Shown in pieces: positions 26,693 to 37,209 of a stretch of DNA of 64,000 nucleotides. The stretch is taken from NCBI GenBank assembly GCA_028353405.1, contig JAOMOG010000002.1:1514-65513 (forward strand), written 5' to 3'. How positions within the stretch are numbered: the stretch's first letter is position 1; each line of letters starts with the position of its first letter. The notes below the pieces were generated by a model. The model saw only the letters and a list, made by a program, of their open reading frames with translations. It made no database searches and had not been told where the DNA came from. Origin of the DNA: Candidatus Poseidoniaceae archaeon (GTDB lineage Archaea; Thermoplasmatota; Poseidoniia; Poseidoniales; Poseidoniaceae). Position numbers and translations under genes: made by a program.

Positions 26693-28828
26693 ATGACGGT
26701 AGAAGAGACATCCTCTTTGACGGTTGCCAAATTGAAGGCCTTATGCATTTTGAACGATTTATCAACTACAGGTAAAAAAAGTGTTTTAGTTGAAAGATTA
26801 CTAGAGTTTGGGCTTGATAGAAGCGCAATTGGGCTGTCTGAAAAGAAGGTCTCTAAAGCAAAACCTTCCAAGGAAAAAAAGCCCGCAGTAGTCGAAGAAG
26901 AATTTGTAATGTCATTGGAAGATGAATCTACATTAACTCCTGAAGAAGATGAAGTAATTTTACAAGATATAGAACTTGCAGATGAGGATTTCATTGATGC
27001 TGAGATTCTTGATGCAGATCTCATCGATGAAATAGATGAGGATAAACCAGCCCCAATTCCTCGTAAATCAAAGGAGAATTACAAACCAGCAACTCTTTTC
27101 GATATTATCAAACGCCCACAAGTTGCTGCTGTATTACTAACCGCAATGATGCTTGCAGCTGGAGGTTGGTGGTTCATCAATAACCAACTTGACCCATTTA
27201 CAGGAGATCCTCTAAAATATGGTGACGAGATGAAATATTCAATTTCAGAAGGTGAATTTATTGCCACTGAAGGGTTCTTAGATTTAGTATTAGACAATAT
27301 AGAGACTGAAGATGATATCTGTAAAATTAGACTTGAATATTCTGGAATGGGTCAAACTTCAATTGTTGACGGTGGCGCGGATGAACTATCTTCGCAAAGT
27401 TCGTTGGATAGATTAGGCGCCGTCTCAGTACGTGGTGGCCAAGGTGCTGATTGGCTTGCTGTTGAAGCAACCAATTCTTTTGACTTTGATAGATTTACAG
27501 TACAACGCCATCTTCGCTCACTTCTACCTTCAGCCCCTTGTTCCGAAACATTTGCCAGCGTTAGTGGTTCTTCAGAACTAACCTCGACAAGTTGGACTGA
27601 ATTAAGAGAACAATCATCTATTGCTAATCAAGTTCAATGGAGCGTAACTCTAGATGATGCTTACCAAGGCAATGCAATGTCTTATGGGGTTGGCTCATTG
27701 TTCGGTGGGCTAGAAACAATAGCGCCTGGATTTGCCTTGCTTTTACAACCGGTTGAAGTCAAAGAATTATTTGCCAATGATTTGATTGATAATGATGCGA
27801 CAGGATCTAACCTTGGATGGGATTGGAGAGTTATCGGAATTGAAGAAATTGGTAATGATCCCATGTGGAAAATCACCGCAACTCATCATGATTTGGAAGC
27901 ATATTGTCTTGGCTCTGCTTCGATGACCCTTTGGGTTGGAGAAGACAGCCCATGGGTTGCTAAACAAACAGTAGATGTAGTAATTTCAGGAAGCGATTCC
28001 AATCGAGCAGGTTGTTCTACAACTTCAAAATTACTAGGAGATTATGTCTTGCCTGATGGTGAATTAGAAATCCACCATTCCTTCGATCGCATCACTCTTG
28101 AGAGAGGTGTTAAACTACTTGATTTGGGTAAGAATTATGATAATCGTCCTCAAGCAAATGAATTCCAACCAAGTAGTGATGATTTAATTGATTGGGGTAA
28201 TTCAGATAATCACCTACCAGATGAATCCGATAAAAGAGGCTATAATTTAGAACAATCAATTCAATGTTTGGATTATTTTTCAGGTGAGATAACCGGAGCA
28301 ACAGCTGCATTGAACGATGGCGGTTATATCTGGCGAGCAATCGATGAAAGGGCAAATGGCGTAACTACTTGGAATATGTCGTGGGTGGCGACTGACAATA
28401 CTGCAGGTTGGGTTAAATTTTCAATAAGCGGTCAAGCCAGTCAAGAGAATTGTAATTATCTTGACAAAGGAGCATATGATGAAGAAATATCATATAATCG
28501 TAATTCCATTCCGAGCGTCTTGAATCTCAGTATGATGGAGGAACGCTTAATCGATAATTCTCGTTACCCTCAATTAACTGGAAATGACAAATTTTTCACT
28601 ACTGGTGGAGATTATCATCCAGAGACAAGGATGGGATATTTGGTAATGGTTCCAGATAGCGGGCTCAATTCAATCCTCAATAATTTTGTTGATAGTTCAA
28701 GCGGTGCAACTACGGTTGACATGTCGCGCGAATGGGATTCTGGACAATGGTCTAATTATCTTTCTTTAGTTGCAGATGCAAGCGATGGAAGATTGATTGG
28801 TTGGAACCTTATTCAAGGACCGTTGTGA
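26693..28828 (+). CDS. SAP-domain single-pass membrane protein with large extracellular domain
   Basis: LTVAKLKALCILNDLSTTGKKSVLVERL fits the SAP consensus (LxVxELKxxxxxxGLxxxGxKxxLVERL); acidic linker; TM VAAVLLTAMMLAAGGWWF; about 550-aa ectodomain. Confidence 0.8.
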   Translation: MTVEETSSLTVAKLKALCILNDLSTTGKKSVLVERLLEFGLDRSAIGLSEKKVSKAKPSKEKKPAVVEEEFVMSLEDESTLTPEEDEVILQDIELADEDFIDAEILDADLIDEIDEDKPAPIPRKSKENYKPATLFDIIKRPQVAAVLLTAMMLAAGGWWFINNQLDPFTGDPLKYGDEMKYSISEGEFIATEGFLDLVLDNIETEDDICKIRLEYSGMGQTSIVDGGADELSSQSSLDRLGAVSVRGGQGADWLAVEATNSFDFDRFTVQRHLRSLLPSAPCSETFASVSGSSELTSTSWTELREQSSIANQVQWSVTLDDAYQGNAMSYGVGSLFGGLETIAPGFALLLQPVEVKELFANDLIDNDATGSNLGWDWRVIGIEEIGNDPMWKITATHHDLEAYCLGSASMTLWVGEDSPWVAKQTVDVVISGSDSNRAGCSTTSKLLGDYVLPDGELEIHHSFDRITLERGVKLLDLGKNYDNRPQANEFQPSSDDLIDWGNSDNHLPDESDKRGYNLEQSIQCLDYFSGEITGATAALNDGGYIWRAIDERANGVTTWNMSWVATDNTAGWVKFSISGQASQENCNYLDKGAYDEEISYNRNSIPSVLNLSMMEERLIDNSRYPQLTGNDKFFTTGGDYHPETRMGYLVMVPDSGLNSILNNFVDSSSGATTVDMSREWDSGQWSNYLSLVADASDGRLIGWNLIQGPL

Positions 28829-28838
28829 GGTGATTAAT

Positions 28839-29237
28839 GTGGAAGATAAAATCGGTCGCGGTTTAGACCACCTTATAGAACAAAACTCTACCGAATTAGA
28901 GTTCCTTTCCGCCTATGGCACAGGGGCGATCGAATCGGATGTAGATGTGAACTCTTTGTTGGATGCACTTGTTCGCTTTTTGAAAGCTGGGCAGGTTAAA
29001 ACAAAGCAATCCGATAACAAAGTAACATTTTCATTTGGAACAGCGACTATGACTGATAAAGGGCTACATTTAGAATGTAATGGGGAAAATTTACCATTGG
29101 TCAATAGTGATTTGACGCAAGTTGGTTTTGTTGATGGCAATTTATCCAAAGACAAGTCAAGTGTTTCAGTGGTAATGCAAAATTGGAATTACGAACAGCG
29201 ACGCTTCGTTGAACGTTTAGTAGAATATCTCAATTAA
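28839..29237 (+). CDS. Hypothetical protein
   Basis: GAGGTGA RBS then GTG; directly follows the SAP-protein gene. Confidence 0.65.
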   Translation: MEDKIGRGLDHLIEQNSTELEFLSAYGTGAIESDVDVNSLLDALVRFLKAGQVKTKQSDNKVTFSFGTATMTDKGLHLECNGENLPLVNSDLTQVGFVDGNLSKDKSSVSVVMQNWNYEQRRFVERLVEYLN

Positions 29238-29800
29238 TTGCGACGGTAATACGCGATTGCCATTACAATAGACCCTAGCATTATCGGTAATGTAAATCCG
29301 GGAAGTATGCCACCCTCATCATCAATCTTACATCCATCATCAGTGGAATCTGCGCCACCCCAGACATCCTCGTTAAACCAGCAAGATGACCATGTTTTGA
29401 ACCAATCTCCCTGAGGGAAATGTTCCTTATCTCCGTTTTCGTAATTAGCGGTAACTCTCCAGTTAACATATGTGTGGTCAGAAGGAGGGGTGATAGCAAT
29501 CGCATAGTTCCTACTTGGTTCAATTTCATGTGGGACTGGTGGGTCACACACGCCATCGTTAGTACATATTTGCGTGGTGATGGAAAGAGTAGTTCCATTT
29601 GCATACGCATCGTCATCTATTTTTATTTCAAAGTTCCAATCTTTACCATCAATGCTAGGAGTTGTTCTTTCAACAATTGAGAACGGAACTTCTGATTCAT
29701 CCGGGTTTTTATCAACGCCTCCAGTTAACGATGAACCGGCGACTAAAGGGAATATTAGAGTGGCAATCAACAACATTGAGATGAGATGACGGCCGTGCAT
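29234..29800 (-). CDS. Secreted protein with PGF-CTERM sorting signal
   Basis: Signal peptide, Cys pairs, C-terminal LPGFTLPIMLGSIVMAIAYYRRN. Confidence 0.78.
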   Translation of the reverse strand: MHGRHLISMLLIATLIFPLVAGSSLTGGVDKNPDESEVPFSIVERTTPSIDGKDWNFEIKIDDDAYANGTTLSITTQICTNDGVCDPPVPHEIEPSRNYAIAITPPSDHTYVNWRVTANYENGDKEHFPQGDWFKTWSSCWFNEDVWGGADSTDDGCKIDDEGGILPGFTLPIMLGSIVMAIAYYRRN

Positions 29801-29835
29801 ATCACTTGCTTGTACCGATACTTCTTGATACTTAC

Positions 29836-30345
29836 TCAACTATCCATGTCCCAAAGTTCATCTCCAACCCAATGAAGAGTTTTGACTCCCTTCCCCTTAC
29901 TGGAGGCGATTAATTCAGAACTATCCATGGTTGTCCAACCGATGGCAAGAGGGCGTTGATGTTTCATGTCACGAATCCAAACCAAATCACCAACTTCGAT
30001 ACTCGGGTCAGCATCTTGAATTCCAGCCACCATACAATCCGCACCATTCATCAAGAATGGAATTGCACCATGATCAACATTAACCCATTTTGCAGAATCA
30101 GAATGTTCTAAAAATCCGCGCAGAGTCAAAAATGCGAAACGCTTCCCATCATCATTTTTCAATTCAACCGATTTGGCTATTTTGTCTACAAAGACCATTT
30201 GCCAAGGACCATATTCAGCCATTTCAAGGAAAGCGCCATCAACAGCCAAATCAATACCAAGGGCAGATTCTAATTCTTTTAACAAAGGTGCGATTTGTTT
30301 TCTACGGACTGGTCGTCGCTTTTTGATATGCCATTCCTTTGCCAT
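29836..30345 (-). CDS. PUA-domain RNA-binding protein (MCT-1/Tma20-like)
   Basis: LTLRG, VNVDHGAIPFLMNGADCMVAGI, PLAIG, KGKGVKTLHWVGDELW. Confidence 0.9.
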   Translation of the reverse strand: MAKEWHIKKRRPVRRKQIAPLLKELESALGIDLAVDGAFLEMAEYGPWQMVFVDKIAKSVELKNDDGKRFAFLTLRGFLEHSDSAKWVNVDHGAIPFLMNGADCMVAGIQDADPSIEVGDLVWIRDMKHQRPLAIGWTTMDSSELIASSKGKGVKTLHWVGDELWDMDS

Positions 30346-30424
30346 CAAAGAGTGCTATAGGCTACTACTTTTGACCCTTAGCACTACCAACTTGTTCATT
30401 TGGCGTTTTGTCCTGGGCAGGTTT

Positions 30425-31033
30425 ATGGCACTATGGTGTACTATCCGAACTTTTTCTAAACATGCTGAAGAACTTGGTAATCAGCAACCGATAGAACCGG
30501 TATTTTTTGTCAAACCGCAAAACTGCATCACTCGACAAGGCCCATTGCAAATTTCACAGCATCCGGGGGAAGTTCATCATGAAATTGAATGTATAATTCG
30601 TTTGGGAAATAATCTCCAACCGGAGGCAGTAGCAGTTGGTTTGGATTTGACTGATAGAGCTGCACAATCGATATGCCGAGAACAACAAATACCTTGGGCT
30701 AAAGGAAAGTGTTTCAAAGGCAGTGCAGTGATTGGTCCGTTTTCTGATTATACAGATGATATACATTCAATGGTCGATGAAGAAAAAGGATTGGCTCTGA
30801 TCTTAACAGTAAATGGAGTGGTTGTTCAGCAAGCTCCTCTTTCGCAAATGAGTATTACTCCAAGTATGCAACTCGTTGCACTCCAGCAGTGGGCGCCGGT
30901 CTGTCCAGGTGATTACTTGTTCACAGGTACGCCTGCAGGAGTTGGACAATTACATGCTGGAGATAGATTAGTTGCAATATTACAGACGATAGATGGCCGT
31001 TCAGTATCGCGCTTTGAAGCGAATTGTATCTAA
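30425..31033 (+). CDS. Fumarylacetoacetate hydrolase family protein
   Basis: HAEELGN, PVFFVKP, VHHEIE, GLDLTDR, PWAKGKCF, PGDYLFTGTPAGVG. Confidence 0.92.
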   Translation: MALWCTIRTFSKHAEELGNQQPIEPVFFVKPQNCITRQGPLQISQHPGEVHHEIECIIRLGNNLQPEAVAVGLDLTDRAAQSICREQQIPWAKGKCFKGSAVIGPFSDYTDDIHSMVDEEKGLALILTVNGVVVQQAPLSQMSITPSMQLVALQQWAPVCPGDYLFTGTPAGVGQLHAGDRLVAILQTIDGRSVSRFEANCI

Positions 31034-31089
31034 GGGTTGCTTTCATATATGGTTGGCCGGTCGGATGGAGTCGTAAGGATTGGATTATT

Positions 31090-31470
31090 ATGGCACAATG
31101 GCATGGAATCTCTCGTCGCAAACCCTCAGGTGGTCGTCTAGTTCAGGCTCGCAGCAAGCGTTCTACTGAAATCTCGACCGAAAAACAATTCGCATTAGTT
31201 GGCGAACCAAAGCGCAAAATCTACCGAAAGACCGGTGGAAATATCATGGTTCGTGTCATGTCAGAAAACCGAGTTTCTCTAAATGATACCAAAACTGGAA
31301 AGACTACAATTGGAATCATCCATTCAGTAATTGAGAACCAATCTAATCCAAACTATGTTCGTAGAAACATTCTGGTCAAGGGAGCAATTATCGAAACCGA
31401 CAAAGGTCGTGCACGTATTACTTCTCGTCCAGGTAAAGATGGCGTTATCAACGGCATCCTTCTTGAATGA
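31090..31470 (+). CDS. rps8e: 30S ribosomal protein S8e
   Basis: MAQWHGISRRKPSGGR, NPNYVRRNILVKGAIIET, ARITSRPGKDGVING. Confidence 0.96.
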   Translation: MAQWHGISRRKPSGGRLVQARSKRSTEISTEKQFALVGEPKRKIYRKTGGNIMVRVMSENRVSLNDTKTGKTTIGIIHSVIENQSNPNYVRRNILVKGAIIETDKGRARITSRPGKDGVINGILLE

Positions 31471-31526
31471 TTTGATAACCCTGTTATCCTCACCGGTATG
31501 ATGGGGCATTACCCCAGTGAGGTGAG

Positions 31527-31991
31527 ATGATGGAACACAACCCAGACAGACTCAGTATCTGGCCAGGTTATTTTAATGCCAAAATTTCACGCCGCAAAGG
31601 CCGTCGCGTCCCAAAAGACTCTTCGGTAATCAAACCAGATTTAGAAGGATTATTTCTTGCAGCAAGAAAAGTAGGGCTTCGTAAAATCAAGCGCGAAGAA
31701 GGAACTAGTCACCCGCGCCGCCCTCATGGTGGTGAAGGAAGATTATGGGTTTCCAGAGCAGGTTCCAAACAGAGCATTGGCGCAAATTCAAAAGAAGAAA
31801 TTTTACAATTAATCGGTGGTGAATGGCGCCAGATGCAACGCGACTTGAAAGAAGCAAAGGCAGATCGAGAAGAAAGAGGTCCACAAGCAGGTGACCGCCG
31901 AGCACGTTCACAAAGAAAAGGAAGTAGCCGCCAGTCCAACAAAGAACCTTCTAAAAAGAAGAGCTTCAAGAAAAGAGGATTCAAGAACTGA
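31527..31991 (+). CDS. srp19: Signal recognition particle protein SRP19 with basic C-terminal extension
   Basis: IWPGYFNAKISRRKGRRVPK, HPR, GRLWV, SKEEIL. Confidence 0.9.
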   Translation: MMEHNPDRLSIWPGYFNAKISRRKGRRVPKDSSVIKPDLEGLFLAARKVGLRKIKREEGTSHPRRPHGGEGRLWVSRAGSKQSIGANSKEEILQLIGGEWRQMQRDLKEAKADREERGPQAGDRRARSQRKGSSRQSNKEPSKKKSFKKRGFKN

Positions 31992-31993
31992 AT

Positions 31994-33016
31994 TCAATTT
32001 GTAGGAACTTCGTGCAACCAACCAAAGGTATCAGGTGAAGTTTCACTTTGTATTCCAGTTAATTGATCGTAAAGAGCCGTTGTAATCTCGCCAGGAATTC
32101 CATTACCATATACTGTTTTATTTTCACCCTTGGTTATTGAACCGATAGGAGAGATTACCGCAGCAGTTCCACAACAGAAAGCCTCATCAGCACTCATTGC
32201 AAATTCAGCAGTTACCTTTGTTTCAATTACTTCCATTCCATTTTTACGAGCCAATTTAATAATTGAATCACGAGTAATACCTGGTAATATTGTTCCAGTT
32301 AATTCAGGAGTGTATAATATCCCATCCTTTAGACAGAAGAAATTAGCAGCACCGACTTCCTCTATACAGGAATGTGTCTCAGCATCTAGATAGATTACTT
32401 CAGAGTAACCAGCAGCCTTCGCTTTCTTGCTTGGCATCATTCCAGGCGCATAATTTCCAATCGCCTTGACGCCGCCAGAGCCACCAGGTGCAGCACGATG
32501 ATATTCTTCTGAAATCAGTAAATCAATCGCAGTAACTCCTCCTTTGAAATAAGGCCCTACTGGAGTTACATAAACCAAGAATGTGTATGATGGAGCGGGT
32601 GAAACTCCCAGAACAGGTCCTGAACCCATTAGCAATGGGCGCACATAAAGTGCGCCTTTACCCATCGGCGGAATCCACTTCAAATTAGCTGCAACTACCT
32701 GTTCAACAGCATCGATGAATACAGATTCTGGAACAGGCGGCATTTTCAAACGGTCAGCGCCTCGTTGCATTCTCCTAGCATTTTCTTCAGGCCTAAAAAA
32801 TACAACTCTATCGTTTGCAGTTCGATATGCTTTCATCCCTTCAAACAAGCCTTGACCATAATTTAGAACACCAGCGGCTGGAGAAATTGACATATTTCCA
32901 TATGGGCGTAAATCCCCAGGCATCCAAGCCTCATCTTGCTTAGTTTCTGTCAAATACATTGTATCTGTTGGCGTTAAGGAAAATGTTAGGCTATCCCAAT
33001 CGATATCATTGCTCAT
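31994..33016 (-). CDS. ilvE: Branched-chain amino acid aminotransferase (class IV PLP, IlvE_II type)
   Basis: IDWDSLTF, LNYGQGLFEGMKAYR, LYVRP, GGVKAIGNYA (catalytic K), EEVGAANFF, ILPGITRDS, GTAAVISPI. Confidence 0.95.
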   Translation of the reverse strand: MSNDIDWDSLTFSLTPTDTMYLTETKQDEAWMPGDLRPYGNMSISPAAGVLNYGQGLFEGMKAYRTANDRVVFFRPEENARRMQRGADRLKMPPVPESVFIDAVEQVVAANLKWIPPMGKGALYVRPLLMGSGPVLGVSPAPSYTFLVYVTPVGPYFKGGVTAIDLLISEEYHRAAPGGSGGVKAIGNYAPGMMPSKKAKAAGYSEVIYLDAETHSCIEEVGAANFFCLKDGILYTPELTGTILPGITRDSIIKLARKNGMEVIETKVTAEFAMSADEAFCCGTAAVISPIGSITKGENKTVYGNGIPGEITTALYDQLTGIQSETSPDTFGWLHEVPTN

Positions 33017-33167
33017 AATTTCACCAAGCCCACATTTGTTCGGGAGCATAGACCCCTTTCAAGGGTTGTGGCCGTTTTGCCAATATGTTGGGCAGGAGAA
33101 AGTTTGGAGATATACCCGTAGGGGTGGGTTGAAGGACTGTGCGCCGTTTTGGTTGTTAGGGGAGTCT

Positions 33168-35822
33168 ATGACCTGGCACGGCGACATCGGAATTATCAGT
33201 GGCCGTTATCATTCCACTGAGGTCGTAGAGGGCGGCCAAACAATTCCTCGTACAGTGGTAGAGTTATTTGGCCGCAGTAAAACTGGACAATCTATTTGTT
33301 TGCTAATAGAGGGCCTTTCGCCAACCTTTGAAGTGGCTAGTTTGGCGCCATTGGATGAAGAAGGAGACTTACCTGAATATCTTGTAAATAGACTTCGTAG
33401 TCTGGAGGCGCACGCAGATATTGTCAGTTGTAAAGGTCCAGTAATGAAATTAACAGACTTGGGTATGAGGCCAACTTGGCAAATAGAAGTCAAACAACCA
33501 TACCTCGTCCCTCAGTTACGCAAAAAATTACAACAGCAAGGCTGGAGTATTTTTTCAGGAGATATTCCTTATTTGAATAGAATCTTTTTAGATTTAGATC
33601 TAGGGATGCATGTTTCTGTTGAAGGACAATTAATCGATCAAAGAAGTGCTGATGATGAAGATGGTAGCCGAATTAATGCGGTAATTGAAGCGGGTGGAGT
33701 TGGCCGTTATCCGGTTGATATTACAGTTAGTTGTAATCTATCCAATTTGGTAGCAGCAGAACCATTCCCTGTTCCCTTCAAGGTATTTTCATTTGATTTG
33801 GAGACCAGCATTGCTCACAATACTGTACTATGTGGTGCTGCTTGGATTGAAAATATGCAAGATGGTACGCGTCAACAATTCACATTTGTTGGAGAAGAAT
33901 CTCATATTCTTGAACAGATGACTCTTGTAGTTAGGGCAAATGATCCAGATATTATTACCGGCTACAATATTGATAATTTTGATTTACCGCGGCTATTTGA
34001 GAGAACTGAAGTATTAGCTAAGAAAATAGAATGGAGAAAAAGAGCCCAATTATTAGGCTGGGGTAGAGTTCCCCAAATTGAATCGGAGTTGAAGCGAACT
34101 AGAACAGGGCTAATGCCGAAACGGCAATCCAATCGTGCTTGGAATCTAGCGGGGCGAGCAATAGTTGATTGTTGGTGGCAAGCAAGAATTGCACTCAAGC
34201 CACAAAGAGAAACTCTAAGTTTTGTCTCTAAACTATTATTTCCAGATGATGATGAACGTCATAAAATGGATATTGATGCATCAAATATGGATGTTGAATG
34301 GGCTAATCGGCCAGATGAAGTTCTTGAATATTGTATCAGAGATGCAGCTTTACCACTAGATATTCTAAACGCAATACAAGTCATTCGTCGTAAGGAAGCG
34401 GTTGCCAGTGTTGCTAAGGTTAATTTTGATACCGCTGCCAATGGTAGCACAAGTCAGTTAATCGATTCCTTGGTTATTCGTTTAGCCGATTCAAAGAATG
34501 TTGCAGTACCATTAACTGGTTCAGCAGATGCAAAAGAAGGTCAGATTACAGGTGGATACGTTCACGATGTTGAAGCGGGTTTACATCCATGGATAGCGGT
34601 GCTGGATTTCAAAAGTATGTATCCTTCAATTATGATCGGCCACAATATATGCTACACCACAAGAATTGACTCCAATCAAGACACTCAGCCTTCAGAAGGT
34701 GACTTGATTCATACTGCACCGACTGGTGCAAAATTCCTTCATCAAGAAAAACGTAAAGGATTAGTTCCGTTGTTATTAGAAGATTTGATGGCGCAAAGAG
34801 ATGAACATAAAGCGGGTATGGCGGCCGCCAAAAACAATCAAGATGACAAGGCTTTACAATTTCATGACTCTATGCAATATGCGGTAAAGATTCTAATGAA
34901 TTCTTTTTACGGTGTTTTCGCATCAGGATTTTATCGTTTTACTCATCGCGATTTAGGTTCATCAATTACTGCATGGGCGCGTCATAATATCAAAGTGATA
35001 ATCGCCAGGTTAGAAGAAGAAGGACATTCAGTAGTCTATTCTGATACCGATTCAATATTTGTCCGTTCACCGGTTGACGAAAACGCAATTTCAGTTTTGA
35101 AAGAAGATTCAACTGAAGCAGAGATTGAAAATTGGAACAATGCAAAACAAGCAATGATCACCTTTGGGTTAGATATAGCGCAACGCTTTAGCAAAGATTC
35201 AGCAGTATTAGAATTTGAAAAAGGCTTATCTGTATTTTTCAGCCATGGTGCTAAGAAAAGATATGTTGGTCAAGTGGTTTGGCCGAGTGAAGAAATGTTA
35301 ATCCGCGGCTATGAAACTCAAAGGACAGATACATTTTCCTATCTACGAGATACGATGAAGCAAATGTTTAATTTCGCTCTAGCCGATGAAGGCGAGGAGT
35401 TGGTACAATACGCATTAAGCAGAGTTCAAGCGGTAAAAAATAAACAAGTTGATGCTTCAGAATTAGTGCTTTCAAAGTCTTGTAAAGGGAAATTGAATAA
35501 AGATGGTTCTATCGATTTTACTAAACACTATGCAAATCCCGATTCTATGGCACAAGTTAGAATCGCTCGCGCTTTGATAGAAAAGGGACTTGGCTTCACT
35601 CCTGGTATGAAAGTTGCTTATATTGTAAGTGATGCTAGTAATAGGCCAATGAATGTAGAGCCATGGCTTGAGGGTGAAGAAAATGGTGGCATTAGCGGGT
35701 ATGATGAGATATTCTATGCAGAACGAACTGCTGCTGCAATTGGCAGAATTACCGAGGCATTTGGGTGGAGTGCAAAAGAATTAGTTGCGGGTAACCGCCA
35801 AACCTCGCTTTTCTCCTTCTAA
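33168..35822 (+). CDS. polB: Family B DNA polymerase
   Basis: Exonuclease motifs FDLET, GYNIDNFD, YCIRD; polymerase motifs DFKSMYPSIM, KILMNSFYG, YSDTDS, KKRY; C-terminal PIP box QTSLFSF. Confidence 0.96.
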   Translation: MTWHGDIGIISGRYHSTEVVEGGQTIPRTVVELFGRSKTGQSICLLIEGLSPTFEVASLAPLDEEGDLPEYLVNRLRSLEAHADIVSCKGPVMKLTDLGMRPTWQIEVKQPYLVPQLRKKLQQQGWSIFSGDIPYLNRIFLDLDLGMHVSVEGQLIDQRSADDEDGSRINAVIEAGGVGRYPVDITVSCNLSNLVAAEPFPVPFKVFSFDLETSIAHNTVLCGAAWIENMQDGTRQQFTFVGEESHILEQMTLVVRANDPDIITGYNIDNFDLPRLFERTEVLAKKIEWRKRAQLLGWGRVPQIESELKRTRTGLMPKRQSNRAWNLAGRAIVDCWWQARIALKPQRETLSFVSKLLFPDDDERHKMDIDASNMDVEWANRPDEVLEYCIRDAALPLDILNAIQVIRRKEAVASVAKVNFDTAANGSTSQLIDSLVIRLADSKNVAVPLTGSADAKEGQITGGYVHDVEAGLHPWIAVLDFKSMYPSIMIGHNICYTTRIDSNQDTQPSEGDLIHTAPTGAKFLHQEKRKGLVPLLLEDLMAQRDEHKAGMAAAKNNQDDKALQFHDSMQYAVKILMNSFYGVFASGFYRFTHRDLGSSITAWARHNIKVIIARLEEEGHSVVYSDTDSIFVRSPVDENAISVLKEDSTEAEIENWNNAKQAMITFGLDIAQRFSKDSAVLEFEKGLSVFFSHGAKKRYVGQVVWPSEEMLIRGYETQRTDTFSYLRDTMKQMFNFALADEGEELVQYALSRVQAVKNKQVDASELVLSKSCKGKLNKDGSIDFTKHYANPDSMAQVRIARALIEKGLGFTPGMKVAYIVSDASNRPMNVEPWLEGEENGGISGYDEIFYAERTAAAIGRITEAFGWSAKELVAGNRQTSLFSF

Positions 35823-35871
35823 GGCGTACTTGGGAAGGAAGGGCTTTTCAAACAGCAGGCTTAGCAAGTAA

Positions 35872-37089
35872 ATGATGAAGTTACAATTTGGCCCAGTTTT
35901 GATGGCTTTCATGATGTTATTAGTCGGCTTATCAGGCTGTATTTTTGAGGAAGAAAATACCTCTTCAGGTGAACTATTTGCAGTTTTCAGTTTTTCATCA
36001 AGCAATGAAAACATCAGAGTCGGTGATACCGTCTCGTTTGATGCCAGTAGTTCAACTCCGGCCGATGGAAGTTTGACATACCGTTGGGATTTTGATGGCG
36101 ACTTATCAGTAGATAAAACAGGAAAGACTGCCGAATGGTCTTATGATTCAGTCGGAATCAAAATGGTAATATTAACAATTTCAGATGGCTTTGGATCTTC
36201 AGAACAGATTAGAAACTTAACCATTGTTGATGCTACAGCAGTCGCACCAATAGCCGAAATAACTCAGTATAATGACGCTGAGGATTGTGAGGACAATGAA
36301 ATCGATGAAAGCACAAAAATAGTAGTTTGGATGTGTCATTACGATAAAAGTCAAACTGATAGAGATGTGTCAGAAACAACCACTATCTCACTAGATGCAT
36401 CTAATTCAGATGCAGGAGATCCTAACGAATATATTCCTGATTATGATTGGGACTTAGATCTAAATGTTGATGCTGATAATGATGGAGATGCTGAAAATGA
36501 TGTCGATTTGAGCGGTGAGTCTGTGAATTGGAACGATGTCCAACCAGGCGAATACCAGATAAAATTGAACATAGTAAATAGCCAAGGTTTAGTTGATTCT
36601 GATACAATCAAAGTCTATGTCTCATATGCTGCTAAATGGTCAGACTTTGAGATGGCAGGAAATACTTCTGCAAACAATGACCCAAACAGCGAACTTGACT
36701 TTGACGTTACTATTTCCTATGATAAAGATACTGGAAATACCATTCGTAAGGTAGTTGCAGAGTTAACTTATCCTCAGCAAGATGATGGTTGTATTGATAC
36801 TGTCCCGGGCGAAGAATCAAATTGCCGTGCACAGTTAGAGATTTTTGCCTTCAATGAAGACGATGAAGAGGGGGGTAATACCGCAAATACAGGATTAGAT
36901 CAACGTGATGATGGAGAGGATTGCGACGAAGAAAACGATTGCGTACACCTCGTCATGTCATCTTATCTTTTTGGTGATGCTGAAAACGACAACACCTATG
37001 GTGATGGGGATTGGACTTTCGATATTAGAAATGATAAACGGAATACACTTCAAGTGGAATCATTCGTCATTAGATTAGTGTATGTCTGA
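35872..37089 (+). CDS. PKD-domain lipoprotein, very acidic
   Basis: Lipobox LSGC; VGDTVSFDASSS..YRWDFDGD PKD signature, second degenerate PKD (SLDASNS..YDWDLD). Confidence 0.85.
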   Translation: MMKLQFGPVLMAFMMLLVGLSGCIFEEENTSSGELFAVFSFSSSNENIRVGDTVSFDASSSTPADGSLTYRWDFDGDLSVDKTGKTAEWSYDSVGIKMVILTISDGFGSSEQIRNLTIVDATAVAPIAEITQYNDAEDCEDNEIDESTKIVVWMCHYDKSQTDRDVSETTTISLDASNSDAGDPNEYIPDYDWDLDLNVDADNDGDAENDVDLSGESVNWNDVQPGEYQIKLNIVNSQGLVDSDTIKVYVSYAAKWSDFEMAGNTSANNDPNSELDFDVTISYDKDTGNTIRKVVAELTYPQQDDGCIDTVPGEESNCRAQLEIFAFNEDDEEGGNTANTGLDQRDDGEDCDEENDCVHLVMSSYLFGDAENDNTYGDGDWTFDIRNDKRNTLQVESFVIRLVYV

Positions 37090-37209
37090 TGACATTGCAA
37101 TTCTATTGCGTAATTGCTTTGTCCTATCAATTTCTTTGCAAGAGGCTAAATAGATTTGCCAATCCACCACAAAATAACACTACTCTGAAAGGGCAAGGGG
37201 GGGAATGAA

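Noticed and set aside
33168-35822. Inactive, viral or intein-containing PolB
   Set aside because: All exonuclease and polymerase catalytic motifs are intact and contiguous, a PIP box is present, and the context is chromosomal.
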